A stretch of DNA of 59,989 nt, filler included. It is 6 parts of 6 records of this genome, joined end to end, with 100 filler letters (N's around TTAATTAATTAA, not from the genome) between each part and the next. Parts side by side here need not be neighbours in the genome. Positions count along the whole stretch, not along the records: positions 6,580 to 13,562 come from SRR31156797_7141; positions 13,663 to 29,727 come from SRR31156797_7144; 4 more parts are not named here. The stretch is one strand, 5' to 3'. The notes beneath the pieces were generated by a model that saw nothing but the letters and a program-made list of their open reading frames with translations, searched no databases and had not been told where the DNA came from. The stretch's first letter is position 1. Each line of letters opens with the position of its first letter. Positions 8,732 through 18,025 of this stretch are shown in pieces. The position numbers and the translations under genes were made by a program.

Positions 8732-10495
8732 CTAATCAACTTTCTTTACCCAATATGTCTTGAGTTTTCCTTTACCTTTTACCTCTATCTCATCTCTGTA
8801 TTCACAATCAAACAATCCATCTATTAATTCATAAGTATCTGCACTTAGATTTACTTCATTTACCAAACCGTGAGATTCCATTCTGCTGGCTGTGTTTACC
8901 GTATCACCCCATACATCATAGATAAATTTATCATCTCCTATGACTCCTGCAACCAAAGGCCCGCTGTTGATACCTATTCTGATATCCCAATATGGTTTAT
9001 TTTCTTCCATTCTCTCTTTTTTCAGTTTACACATGAACTCTTTTATCTCAATCGAAGCCCGTACTACTTTTTCTGCATGCCGATCATCAAAGTCAGGAAT
9101 TCCACATGCAGCCATATAACCGTCTCCAATTGTTTTTAATTTTTCAAGACCATGTTTTTTTATTATCTTATCAAAGTTTGAGAAGCAGTTATCAAGTTCC
9201 TCTAATAAATATTCAGGATCAATATTTCCTGCAAATTTAGTAAATCCTACAAAATCAGTAAATAAAACACTTACATTATGATGATATATCGGTTTTACTT
9301 TTCCTTGATCAAGAAGTTCTCTTGCTATTTTCTCAGGGAAAATTTTAAGCAATAACTTCTCTGTCTCCTCTTTTAGCTTTTTCTGATACTCTATCTCTTT
9401 TTCATATATTTTTATCTCATTTGATAGTTGTAAATTTTTTAAATTTTTCCTTTTATCATTACTGAGAACCTCTTCTTTTGTGAAGTAAAACTTTTTATAA
9501 TGCTCCAGAGCATTTTTATAATCACCTTTTGCTTCATACGAAGCTGCTATCACTCTTTCTACTTTATAAATAGTAGGATTAACCTTTTGCTCATATGCTT
9601 TTTTAAATAATTTCTCAGCATTCTCTATTATAAAATCATAATTTTCCTTTAAAAAGTTTATCTCCATTAGTTCAATGAGAGCATAAAACATAAATATGTC
9701 TTCTCCCTTAACACCTTCATAAGCTCTTGTTACATACTCTTCCGCAAGATCTAACTCTCCTCCGGCTTCTCTTAGCAACGCCCCCATATACAGTTCAAGC
9801 AATGATCTTTCTGTGCCTTCATAGGTCAATGTTTTCATCGCTTCTTCAAAATAATCTCTCGCTTCACAGTATTTCTCTTGCTTTTGAAGCAGTAGACCCA
9901 GAGTAGATAATATTCGGACTATTCCGGACATATAGTTTATATCTCTAAATATAGATAATGACTTTTCATAGTTCTCTTTTGCTCTGTCAAAATCTTCAAG
10001 TTCTGTAAAAGTTAATCCAAGATTATGATATGCCCAAGCTTGACCTCTTTTACTATCTACCTGTCTATAGAGATTCAAACTTTTAAATGAATACTCCAAT
10101 CCACTGTCATAATTTCCGGTTTGATTAAATATTCCTGCATATATATCCCAGCAATCTGCCTGAGATTCCAGTAAGTTATATTTTTCAAATATTTCTATAG
10201 CTTTGAGGAGATAGTCAACTCCTTTTTTCATATTGATTTCTCTATATACTGCATTATAGGCTAAATTTCTGTATGAATAAGCTTTTCCCTGTTCATAATT
10301 AAGTTTTTCAGCTGTTTCAAGAGCTTCACTTGATAAGTTAAATAACTTTCCCATATTTTTAAAGCCTGTTTCCCATGCAAGTTCATTTTTTATATCTACT
10401 TCTAATTTAGATTCTTTGTCTTCTTCTCTTAAGTTGCCCAGCTCTTTTTCAAGCTCACTAATCTCTCTCAATAAAAATCCCCCCATTATTTTCAA
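8732..10495 (-). CDS. TPR-repeat class III adenylate cyclase
   Basis: N-terminal TPRs (QAWAYHNLGLTF...); catalytic VLFTDFVGFT, EKLKTIGDGYM, RIGINSGP, YDVWGDTVNTASRMES; K/D specificity residues indicate ATP. True start may be a few codons downstream. Confidence 0.9.
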   Translation of the reverse strand: MKIMGGFLLREISELEKELGNLREEDKESKLEVDIKNELAWETGFKNMGKLFNLSSEALETAEKLNYEQGKAYSYRNLAYNAVYREINMKKGVDYLLKAIEIFEKYNLLESQADCWDIYAGIFNQTGNYDSGLEYSFKSLNLYRQVDSKRGQAWAYHNLGLTFTELEDFDRAKENYEKSLSIFRDINYMSGIVRILSTLGLLLQKQEKYCEARDYFEEAMKTLTYEGTERSLLELYMGALLREAGGELDLAEEYVTRAYEGVKGEDIFMFYALIELMEINFLKENYDFIIENAEKLFKKAYEQKVNPTIYKVERVIAASYEAKGDYKNALEHYKKFYFTKEEVLSNDKRKNLKNLQLSNEIKIYEKEIEYQKKLKEETEKLLLKIFPEKIARELLDQGKVKPIYHHNVSVLFTDFVGFTKFAGNIDPEYLLEELDNCFSNFDKIIKKHGLEKLKTIGDGYMAACGIPDFDDRHAEKVVRASIEIKEFMCKLKKERMEENKPYWDIRIGINSGPLVAGVIGDDKFIYDVWGDTVNTASRMESHGLVNEVNLSADTYELIDGLFDCEYRDEIEVKGKGKLKTYWVKKVD

Positions 10496-10574
10496 TTCTA
10501 AATTTACTTAAAATTAGAATTAAAATGGTGTGATAATAGTCTTTCTCCTTTAATCTTCTCTATTTATTTTTTCT

Positions 10575-11807
10575 TTATCTTTTTTGCTCACTGTTTTCTT
10601 TTTTAACTAATAAAATAACCGGAATCACAAATATATTTATTATTCCTGATATTATATATCCCAGACTTATTGATATAACTTTTGATATATAACCTAAAAA
10701 TCCCTGTCCGACAAAACCTCCTGCTGATCCGGCTAAAGAATCAAATGAGATTATTGTCGCTCTTTTCTCACTTGGTACAAGAGAGTGTAAAAAGCCCTGT
10801 TTAACTGGTCCGGCAACTCCACCGATAATCATAAAGACTAAAAATGAAGCTACAGCTGTATAAAATGAATTACTTACTCCTACTAATAATAAGAATACAC
10901 ATTGAAGAATATAACAGTAAAATAGTACCGTAGTTCTATCTGAAACTTTATCTGTTATCTTTGGTACCAGATAACTTCCCAAAGCCTGACAAAGTGATAT
11001 CAGTGCTGCAATTATACCTATTACCCACACAGCATTACTATCTCCGAATAGTTCTAAAAAATATGGTTGTGATGCATAAAATGCCCACATGAAAAAACTA
11101 AATTGAATAGTTGATATTATCATTAAATATCTCAATGTTTTATTTTTTATACCAAACTCAAAGCTATCTTTTGCCACTTTTTTCATTTCATCAGGTATAC
11201 ACCTGATTGTCAGTTTTTTAGGACTAAATCCTATATCTTTCATAGATATATATCCTATTACAAACACTGTAATAAGTATCGTACTTCTCACTATATATGG
11301 AATAGTCAGATGAATTGTTCCCAGAAAACCTCCGCTAACTGTTCCTATTAACATTGCTATACTTGTGAACATATGACCTCTTGAAAATACTTCATCTAGT
11401 TCACCATCAAATCCATAAGAGTGTAAAGCATCAACTAACCAAGCTTCAACAGCTCCTGAATAAAAAGTAAAGGCAATTCCTATAAATATAGACATCACAC
11501 TAAATAACCAGAAATTATTATCATAAAATGATACTGCAACATATCCCAGGGTTGAGATTATCAATACTCCCACACTCATTAGAAAAGAAAATTTTCTACC
11601 CAAAGTATCTGCAAATACTCCCGTTGGAATTTCGAATACAGCTATTGCTCCTGTAAAAATCGCATTAACTATAAATACTTGTAATATATCAAGTCCGGCA
11701 TTTAATAAAAACATTGTATTTATTCCCCATATTATCGAAGCTGATAAATTAAACAATGAACTCAATATTATATATGTTCGCCGTAACTTTATAATTTTCT
11801 CTTCCAC
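10575..11807 (-). CDS. MFS transporter
   Basis: About 12 hydrophobic helices; FEIPTGVFADTLGRK motif A; SGAVEAWLVD. Confidence 0.9.
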   Translation of the reverse strand: MEEKIIKLRRTYIILSSLFNLSASIIWGINTMFLLNAGLDILQVFIVNAIFTGAIAVFEIPTGVFADTLGRKFSFLMSVGVLIISTLGYVAVSFYDNNFWLFSVMSIFIGIAFTFYSGAVEAWLVDALHSYGFDGELDEVFSRGHMFTSIAMLIGTVSGGFLGTIHLTIPYIVRSTILITVFVIGYISMKDIGFSPKKLTIRCIPDEMKKVAKDSFEFGIKNKTLRYLMIISTIQFSFFMWAFYASQPYFLELFGDSNAVWVIGIIAALISLCQALGSYLVPKITDKVSDRTTVLFYCYILQCVFLLLVGVSNSFYTAVASFLVFMIIGGVAGPVKQGFLHSLVPSEKRATIISFDSLAGSAGGFVGQGFLGYISKVISISLGYIISGIINIFVIPVILLVKKENSEQKR

Positions 11808-11930
11808 ATCTATTCTCCTATTTCTGCTATTTCTGCTATTAAATTTCCTTACTCTTGCTTTTTTATATTATCATAGCCAGACATATTTTTCTCACCAAAT
11901 CAGATCAAAATATCTTCAAATAAGACTCGT

Positions 11931-12308
11931 TTATTTCACGAGTTTTTCTATTACTTCATCTAGTGACTCACAGAATAAAGTTTCACTTTTATATTCTGCT
12001 AATTCGGCTTCTCTTTTAATAGCCATAAATGTTTTCATTCCGGCTCCAAGAATATAGTTTTTAGCCATTCCAAGCTCTTCAAGTTCTCCTCTTAGTTTTC
12101 CCATTCTTTTATCTACACTATCTGTACCATCTATACCACTGGTATAAAACTCAGAGATATCAAGAATATAAGAGAAATCATCACTAAGTTTTGTTTTAAT
12201 TGAGAACTTTAATTCTCTAATAAATTCCTCTAGTTCAATTAAAGTAAAATCACCTTTTAGTACAGCCAATACCGCATTAGCTTTTTCAAATACTTTTACC
12301 TGATACAT
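11931..12308 (-). CDS. Hypothetical protein (possibly STAS/SpoIIAA-like alpha/beta fold)
   Basis: Strong RBS AAGGAG; pattern LKGDFT...YILDISEF loosely resembles STAS/SEC14-like small proteins. Confidence 0.65.
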   Translation of the reverse strand: MYQVKVFEKANAVLAVLKGDFTLIELEEFIRELKFSIKTKLSDDFSYILDISEFYTSGIDGTDSVDKRMGKLRGELEELGMAKNYILGAGMKTFMAIKREAELAEYKSETLFCESLDEVIEKLVK

Positions 12309-12345
12309 AAATACACTCTCCTTTTCACTAGATCTCTCACAACAC

Positions 12346-12371
12346 GATATAGTTCACAGGTGAACTATATC
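12346..12371. promoter_or_regulatory. Perfect palindrome, probable MarR operator
   Basis: GATATAGTTCAC-AG-GTGAACTATATC; a near-copy lies in the marR promoter spacer. Confidence 0.7.
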
Positions 12372-12375
12372 TCCT

Positions 12376-12410
12376 AAAAAAATTCAGACTAACAATATGT
12401 TATTCTGAAT
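12376..12410 (-). terminator. Intrinsic terminator downstream of marR
   Basis: ATTCAGACTAACA/TGTTATTCTGAAT stem followed by a T run on the minus strand. Confidence 0.6.
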
Positions 12411-12457
12411 CTAACTAACAAAACCTTCTTATAAAAGTTTATACTCTTAGTAAATTT

Positions 12458-12895
12458 TTAAGAAAAATTATTATCTAAATTATCATTTAATTTATTCAAT
12501 AATTTTAAAAACTCTTCTCTTTCACTATCTAAAAAATTTCCATATGCTTTTTCAAAAATTTCTTCTGAAATTACGAAAATTATCGGTATTAATTCCTTCC
12601 CTTTTTCCGTTAAGAAAACCAGATCGGATCTTTTATCTTCACTGTTTTCTTTTGTTTCAACATAACCAAATTTAATTAATTTAGTTAATAATTTAGTTAT
12701 TGTTGATTTCCCCTTTCCTATATTTTCCGATAACTCTGTTTTAGTTGCCGATGCGTGCTTATACAGATACATTATCAGATTTCCATGTGACGGAACTATC
12801 CCTATAACTCCTTTTTTTTCCAATTCGATTACTAATCTTTTATTTAGTTTTTCTCTTAACTCTGATATTAAACTTATACTATTATCTATTCTCAT
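12458..12895 (-). CDS. MarR family transcriptional regulator
   Basis: PSHGNLI, TELSENIGKGKSTITKLLTKL HTH, EDKRSDLVFLTEKG wing. Confidence 0.92.
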   Translation of the reverse strand: MRIDNSISLISELREKLNKRLVIELEKKGVIGIVPSHGNLIMYLYKHASATKTELSENIGKGKSTITKLLTKLIKFGYVETKENSEDKRSDLVFLTEKGKELIPIIFVISEEIFEKAYGNFLDSEREEFLKLLNKLNDNLDNNFS

Positions 12896-12901
12896 ACCCT
12901 A

Positions 12902-12930
12902 ATTATAGTTCACCAGTGTACTAAAGTCAA
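12902..12930 (-). promoter_or_regulatory. Sigma70 promoter of marR with operator in the spacer
   Basis: TTGACT-17 bp-TATAAT; the spacer overlaps TATAGTTCAC-CA-GTGTACTAAA; the ATG is only 6 nt after the -10 box. Confidence 0.8.
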
Positions 12931-13026
12931 GAGTTATTACTCGTACACTCATTTTTATCTATGTTATTTATTTACAATACATCATTTGTTTAACTAATTA
13001 ATCAAAAAATCTTTTTCATTTATAAC

Positions 13027-13055
13027 AAAAAAAGGTGAGATATTTCTATCTCACC
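13027..13055 (-). terminator. Intrinsic terminator after the amino acid symporter
   Basis: GGTGAGATA-TTTC-TATCTCACC hairpin followed by T7 on the minus strand. Confidence 0.8.
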
Positions 13056-13063
13056 AAATAATT

Positions 13064-13562
13064 TTATGCTTTTTGTGTTTCTAATTTATTAAAAAAATCT
13101 TTTGTCTCATTTATAATTACTGCTCTCAGTCCAATTAATGCAATTAGATTTGGTATTGCCATTAATCCGTTTACAATATCAGCCAATATCCAGATCATCT
13201 CTAGCTTTAAGAAAGGTCCTACTGCAACTAAAGCTATAAATATTATCTTATAAGGTAATATTCCTTTTACTCCAAATAGATAAACCGTACATCTTTCACC
13301 ATAGTAGTTCCATCCAATAATTGTTGTGAAGGCAAAGAAAATAAGTCCAATAGTTACTATATAAACTCCTATCCCCTCTAATCCTTGACCAAATGCAAAT
13401 TTAGTTAAGGCTGCTCCCGAATGCTCACTTGTCCAAGCACCAGTTAATACTAAAATAAGTCCTGTCATTGAACAAACAATTATAGTATCAAAGAATGTTC
13501 CTGTCATTGAGATAAGTCCCTGTTTTACACACGACTTAGTTTTTGCTGCTGCTGCTGCAATT
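13064..13562 (-). CDS. Alanine/glycine:cation symporter (AGCS/AlsT family), 5' truncated
   Basis: IAAAAAKT...KQGLISMTGTFFDTIIVCSMTG, FAFTTIIGWNYYGE, NGLMAIPNLIAL; the frame is open to the spacer. Confidence 0.93.
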
Positions 13563-13662
13563 NNNNNNNNNNNNNNNNNNNNNNNNNNNNNNNNNNNNNN
13601 NNNNNNTTAATTAATTAANNNNNNNNNNNNNNNNNNNNNNNNNNNNNNNNNNNNNNNNNNNN
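13563..13662. other. Artificial contig spacer
   Basis: N44-TTAATTAATTAA-N44. Confidence 0.99.
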
Positions 13663-14007
13663 TATGCAAAAAGTGGATTTTTAGCAATGAAACGAGATGA
13701 ACAGACAGCTGAGTCAAAACTTTTTTATGAAAATATCCCTGAACTTGAAGATAAAACAGTCCTTTTACTTGATCCAATGGTTGCAACTGGTGGATCACTT
13801 ATAGATGGAATTGAGTATCTTAAAAGTAAAGGAGCGAACAAGATCATTTCACTCAATCTTTTAGGAGCACCTGAGGGGATTAAAAAAGTGCAAGATGCTC
13901 ACCCTGATGTGGATATTTTTATCGCTCAAATAGATGAGAGACTAGATGAACACTCTTATATAAGACCAGGACTTGGAGATGCTGGGGATAGAGCTTTTAA
14001 TACGTAA
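13663..14007 (+). CDS. upp: Uracil phosphoribosyltransferase, 5' truncated
   Basis: PRPP motif LLLDPMVATGGS; YIRPGLGDAGDR. Confidence 0.95.
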   Translation, partial: YAKSGFLAMKRDEQTAESKLFYENIPELEDKTVLLLDPMVATGGSLIDGIEYLKSKGANKIISLNLLGAPEGIKKVQDAHPDVDIFIAQIDERLDEHSYIRPGLGDAGDRAFNT

Positions 14008-14015
14008 GAGCAAAA

Positions 14016-14420
14016 CTACTTTAGAGTAGTTTTAATCTCTTTAGAAAACTTCATAAAATCATCTAGTAAGTTTAAAAAGTTATAAAGTTTATCATTATCT
14101 ATATGTGCATATTCATGAACTAAAAGGTTTCTAAGTCCTACCATTGATATTATTTTTATTGATAGTTCTTTTGAAAGAAAATCATATTTTACAAGTAGCT
14201 CTATACACTCTTTATAACTTTTTGGATTTCCTAAATTATAAATAGATGATATTTTACAAGCGACATCTATAATGATCTGAATAGATTCTAATAGTCCATA
14301 TCGTATTTCCCATTCATACCTTTTATTGCTATTTATATCTTCTGGTGTTAAACTTTGTTTTATATCTTTTAATATTAAAAGATTTTGCTCAAGATGCTTT
14401 AGTTTGTCCGTAAGTTCCAT
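14016..14420 (-). CDS. hepT: HepT-like HEPN RNase toxin (DUF86)
   Basis: RX4HXY motif (MVGLRNLLVHEY); overlaps the upstream minimal nucleotidyltransferase gene. Confidence 0.88.
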   Translation of the reverse strand: MELTDKLKHLEQNLLILKDIKQSLTPEDINSNKRYEWEIRYGLLESIQIIIDVACKISSIYNLGNPKSYKECIELLVKYDFLSKELSIKIISMVGLRNLLVHEYAHIDNDKLYNFLNLLDDFMKFSKEIKTTLK

Positions 14421-14838
14421 CTTCTAACCTATTTAAAAGTGCAGTATCAAACATATCATACATATATTTCGTATCAAAATAATATTTTAAAGAGTTTGTT
14501 TTAAAATCCACATATTTTTCTTTTTCATTACATAATATAATTTGGTGATTATCACAGATATTAAATGCAAGTTTTGGATTTTTTTTATAAAGTTCATTGA
14601 GTAAAACAATATCAACTTTTTTTGATAATAAGTCTTCAAGATCACTTATTATAGTTCCTAATTCTAATAAATCAATCTCTTTTTTACTATGAATTGCTAT
14701 ATCAATATCACTTAAACTAGTATATGAATTATTTGCGTATGAGCCAAATATTAATACAAAATCAATATGGTTGATACCATCAAAATATGGTTTCAAAACA
14801 TGTTGAACATTTATATTTACAAGATTGTTTTCTCGCAT
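14389..14838 (-). CDS. mntA: MntA-like minimal nucleotidyltransferase antitoxin
   Basis: GSX10DXD motif (FGSYANNSYTSLSDIDIA); KVDIV. Confidence 0.88.
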   Translation of the reverse strand: MRENNLVNINVQHVLKPYFDGINHIDFVLIFGSYANNSYTSLSDIDIAIHSKKEIDLLELGTIISDLEDLLSKKVDIVLLNELYKKNPKLAFNICDNHQIILCNEKEKYVDFKTNSLKYYFDTKYMYDMFDTALLNRLEDGTYGQTKAS

Positions 14839-14904
14839 AGTACTCCAAATAATTCATTAAGTATAGATTTATTATATCCAAATTATGAATGATTACAAAA
14901 TCAA

Positions 14905-15861
14905 TTATCCACCTGTTTCATAAAAAGCTCTAGAAGAGTTATTCTCTTCTCCCCATTTATTTTTCTCTGGTTTGTTTTTTAATACTTTTTGTAAGATTGA
15001 AACAGCCTCAGGAATGTTTTTAGCTTTAATTGCATCAGCGATACTTAAAGCATCTTCAAAATAAAGACAAGGGATCAGATACCCCTCAGCAGTGAGTCTT
15101 ATACGATTACAATCACTACAAAAATCATCTAGATGAGGTTCTATGATTCCAAAGATATATCCATCATCTAGCTGATAACTTTGTGATGGACTGTTTTTTG
15201 ATCGCTCTATTTTTGTAAAGTTGTATTTTTGTTTGACCTTTTCTTGGATCTGTTCAGTGGTTAAGCCTTTTTTTACATTGGCATGATCGTTTTCCATATA
15301 TTCTATAAAACGAACTTCCATATCTCTTTTTTTACAATACTCTAGGATCTCTACAAGTTCATTTTCATTGACTTCATGCATAGGAACACAATTGATCTTT
15401 ACTTTTAGTCCCACTTCTAAAGCTTTATTTATTCCACTTAATACTTTATTTAAAACATCTTTTTGTGCAATATGGTGAGCTATTTCTGGTTTTAAACTAT
15501 CTAGTGAGATATTAAGACGTTTGAGCCCAGCATCTTTTAAAGCTTTTGCACATTCATCTAGTAAAAAGCCATTGGTAGTCATGGAAAGATCAATATCAGG
15601 AGCATAATCTGTGATCATTTTGATAAATACTTCAAGGTTTTTTCTTAAAAGTGGTTCCCCTCCTGTAATACGAACTTTGTTCACTCCTTCATCAATGGCA
15701 ACTTTGATAAATGCAAAAAGTTCTTCATAAGTGAGGAGGTTTTCATGGGGTACCCAAGAGAAAGGTTTTTCAGGCATACAGTATTGACATCTAAAGTTAC
15801 ACCGCTCCGTTACCGAAACTCTTAGATAATCTACAACTCTATTATGTCCATCAATTAGCAT
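14905..15861 (-). CDS. moaA: GTP 3',8-cyclase
   Basis: [39 protein letters not shown]-terminal GG. Confidence 0.96.
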   Translation of the reverse strand: MLIDGHNRVVDYLRVSVTERCNFRCQYCMPEKPFSWVPHENLLTYEELFAFIKVAIDEGVNKVRITGGEPLLRKNLEVFIKMITDYAPDIDLSMTTNGFLLDECAKALKDAGLKRLNISLDSLKPEIAHHIAQKDVLNKVLSGINKALEVGLKVKINCVPMHEVNENELVEILEYCKKRDMEVRFIEYMENDHANVKKGLTTEQIQEKVKQKYNFTKIERSKNSPSQSYQLDDGYIFGIIEPHLDDFCSDCNRIRLTAEGYLIPCLYFEDALSIADAIKAKNIPEAVSILQKVLKNKPEKNKWGEENNSSRAFYETGG

Positions 15862-15931
15862 AAAATCTTTTCATCCTTAAAATTAATTTGATATAATATC
15901 CAAATTTTTTTAAAGTAGGTATTTAGATATT

Positions 15932-16336
15932 ATGGATTTTGTTGCAATTTCAATCACCACACATGTTTACTCAATTATGGCTTTAATGATCATTATGATC
16001 TTTAATTATATTAGCGTAACTAAAATGGATCAGTTTATCCCTTTAGCAAAACGACTTCGACTTATGACTCCACTGTATCATATGGCAAATGCTTTTGTAG
16101 CTTATACAGGAGCTATTGTAGCTGCATATTCTCATGATCTTAGCCCAACTGTGATCCTTATGATCGCTACTTCAATCCTCATCATGGTACTTGAAATCAA
16201 AAGATATAAAAAGATGAGAGTGATTAAATCAGATGAATATGACAAACAAGCAGAGTTTGTACTATATGCAAAAAAGATCTATACTATTGAGATTTTAGCT
16301 GTTGTTTTTACTTACGTCATCTCAAAAATATTTTAA
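15932..16336 (+). CDS. Hypothetical membrane protein
   Basis: Four hydrophobic segments; 3 bp upstream of rsmE. Confidence 0.75.
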   Translation: MDFVAISITTHVYSIMALMIIMIFNYISVTKMDQFIPLAKRLRLMTPLYHMANAFVAYTGAIVAAYSHDLSPTVILMIATSILIMVLEIKRYKKMRVIKSDEYDKQAEFVLYAKKIYTIEILAVVFTYVISKIF

Positions 16337-16339
16337 TAG

Positions 16340-17011
16340 ATGCAATTTATTTATCACGAAAATGCGGGAGAGTCTTCACTAAAAGTAGATGGAGAGCTTT
16401 ATAAATATATTTTTAAAGTAAGACGTTTTGATAGCGAATCAAATCTTGTTTTTAGAAACTTAAAAGATAAGGATATTTACCATTATAGTATAGTTGACAT
16501 TGATAGAAGAAAAGCTACACTTGAACTTATAAATAGTGAAGAGAAAATTATTGAGCCTAAAAAGTATCTTCATATTGGCTGGTGTGTTATTGATCCAAAG
16601 TCAGTGGAAAAATATATTGCTAGTTTAAATGAACTTGGAGTCTCTAAGATCACATTTATCTATTGTGAATATTCTCAAAAACAGTATAAACCCCATTTTG
16701 AAAAATTAGAAAAGCTACTGATCAATTCTTCTCAGCAGTGTGGAAGAAGCTCTATTATTGAACTAAATAGTATGACTTCATTGGATCAGTTTAAAAAAGA
16801 GTGTCCAAATAGTTATATGTTTAATTTTTCTAACAATAATATCCATACTTATAAAAATGATATAGAAACGATCATCATAGGATGTGAGGGTGGTTTTTCA
16901 TCTAATGAAGTAAAAAACTTTGATGGGGAAAAAGTTGTGGGGATAGAGAATAATTTAATCTTAAAAAGTGAAACAGCTACACTAAGTGTAGCTGGAATTT
17001 TGCTTACATAA
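16340..17011 (+). CDS. rsmE: 16S rRNA m3U1498 methyltransferase
   Basis: LNELGV, SSQQCGR, IIGCEGGFS, ILKSETA; Campylobacterota-type N-terminus (YKYIFKVRR). Confidence 0.92.
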   Translation: MQFIYHENAGESSLKVDGELYKYIFKVRRFDSESNLVFRNLKDKDIYHYSIVDIDRRKATLELINSEEKIIEPKKYLHIGWCVIDPKSVEKYIASLNELGVSKITFIYCEYSQKQYKPHFEKLEKLLINSSQQCGRSSIIELNSMTSLDQFKKECPNSYMFNFSNNNIHTYKNDIETIIIGCEGGFSSNEVKNFDGEKVVGIENNLILKSETATLSVAGILLT

Positions 17012-17034
17012 TATAGTTTGAATTTTATTTTGTA

Positions 17035-17064
17035 TTGACAAGATATCTACATATAGTGTATAAT
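17035..17064 (+). promoter_or_regulatory. Sigma70 promoter of the toxin-antitoxin operon
   Basis: Consensus TTGACA-18 bp-TATAAT. Confidence 0.75.
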
Positions 17065-17084
17065 TTGCCAATTAAAGGGTATAA

Positions 17085-17372
17085 GTGGTAAATAAAGAGA
17101 TAAAATGGAATGAAGAGAAAAATCAGCTTTTAAAGATGCAACGGGGAGTTGATTTTGAAGATGTTTTAGATGAGCTGGAAGCTGGTCGAATATTAGGACG
17201 AAAAGTTCACCCTAAAAAAGAAAAGTATCCAAATCAAGAAATATTTATCATACAACTAAAAAGTTATATTTATTATGTACCTTTTGTAGAAACAGAAGAA
17301 GAGATATTTTTAAAGACAATTATTCCAAGTAGAAAACTAAATAAAATATATGGAGATACTAATGAAAAATGA
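17085..17372 (+). CDS. BrnT-like type II toxin
   Basis: WNEEKNQLLKMQRGVDFEDV...YPNQ...YYVPFV...FLKTIIPSRK. Confidence 0.8.
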   Translation: MVNKEIKWNEEKNQLLKMQRGVDFEDVLDELEAGRILGRKVHPKKEKYPNQEIFIIQLKSYIYYVPFVETEEEIFLKTIIPSRKLNKIYGDTNEK

Positions 17373-17649
17373 TATAGTACTTGATAATGAAGAGCTAGAG
17401 CTTTTAGAAGAGTTAGAAGCAGATAACTTTATAGATAAACCACTTGATGATAAAGAGTTAAAAGCGTATCAAAATCATGCAAGATATACAAAGTCTCTCA
17501 ATGAAAAAAAACAAACAACGATAAGATTTAGTGTGAGTGATTTAGCAGTTATCAAATCTAAGTCTAAAGAATTAGGTATTGGATATCAAAACCTAATTCA
17601 AGCTTTAGTACATAACTATGCAAAAGGGAAAATTGAACTTAATTTATAG
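17362..17649 (+). CDS. CopG/RHH-type antitoxin
   Basis: Acidic N-terminus; C-terminal RHH TTIRFSVSDL...GIGYQNLIQALVH; overlaps the toxin stop; RBS GGAG. Confidence 0.8.
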   Translation: MKNDIVLDNEELELLEELEADNFIDKPLDDKELKAYQNHARYTKSLNEKKQTTIRFSVSDLAVIKSKSKELGIGYQNLIQALVHNYAKGKIELNL

Positions 17650-18013
17650 CAAAGATAAACCAACAGATCACATGTAAAGAGATAGAGACAAAAACAGCTC
17701 CAGAACCCATATCTTTTGCATTTTTAGCTAGCAAGTGATACTCTTGGGTAGTGATATCTACTACATTTTCAATAGCGCTATTGATAAGTTCAACAATAAG
17801 AACTATAAAAACAGTAGCAAGTAAAAACATCTTTTCCATTAAAGTAAACTCTACAATATAGATAAGAATTAAAATAGGGATTGCTAGTAAGATCTCAATC
17901 TTAAAGGACATCTCGTTTTTAAAAGTGATCCATAATCCACTCATTGCATATTTAGAGTTTTTAAAAAGGTTATATCTTGGTTTATTATTATCTGTTTGAT
18001 TGCTTCCGTACAT
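17639..18013 (-). CDS. dgkA: Diacylglycerol kinase
   Basis: YAMSGL...NEMSFKIE, ELINSAIENVVD, AKNAKDMGSGAV. Confidence 0.92.
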   Translation of the reverse strand: MYGSNQTDNNKPRYNLFKNSKYAMSGLWITFKNEMSFKIEILLAIPILILIYIVEFTLMEKMFLLATVFIVLIVELINSAIENVVDITTQEYHLLAKNAKDMGSGAVFVSISLHVICWFIFAIN

Positions 18014-18025
18014 CTTTTTATATCC

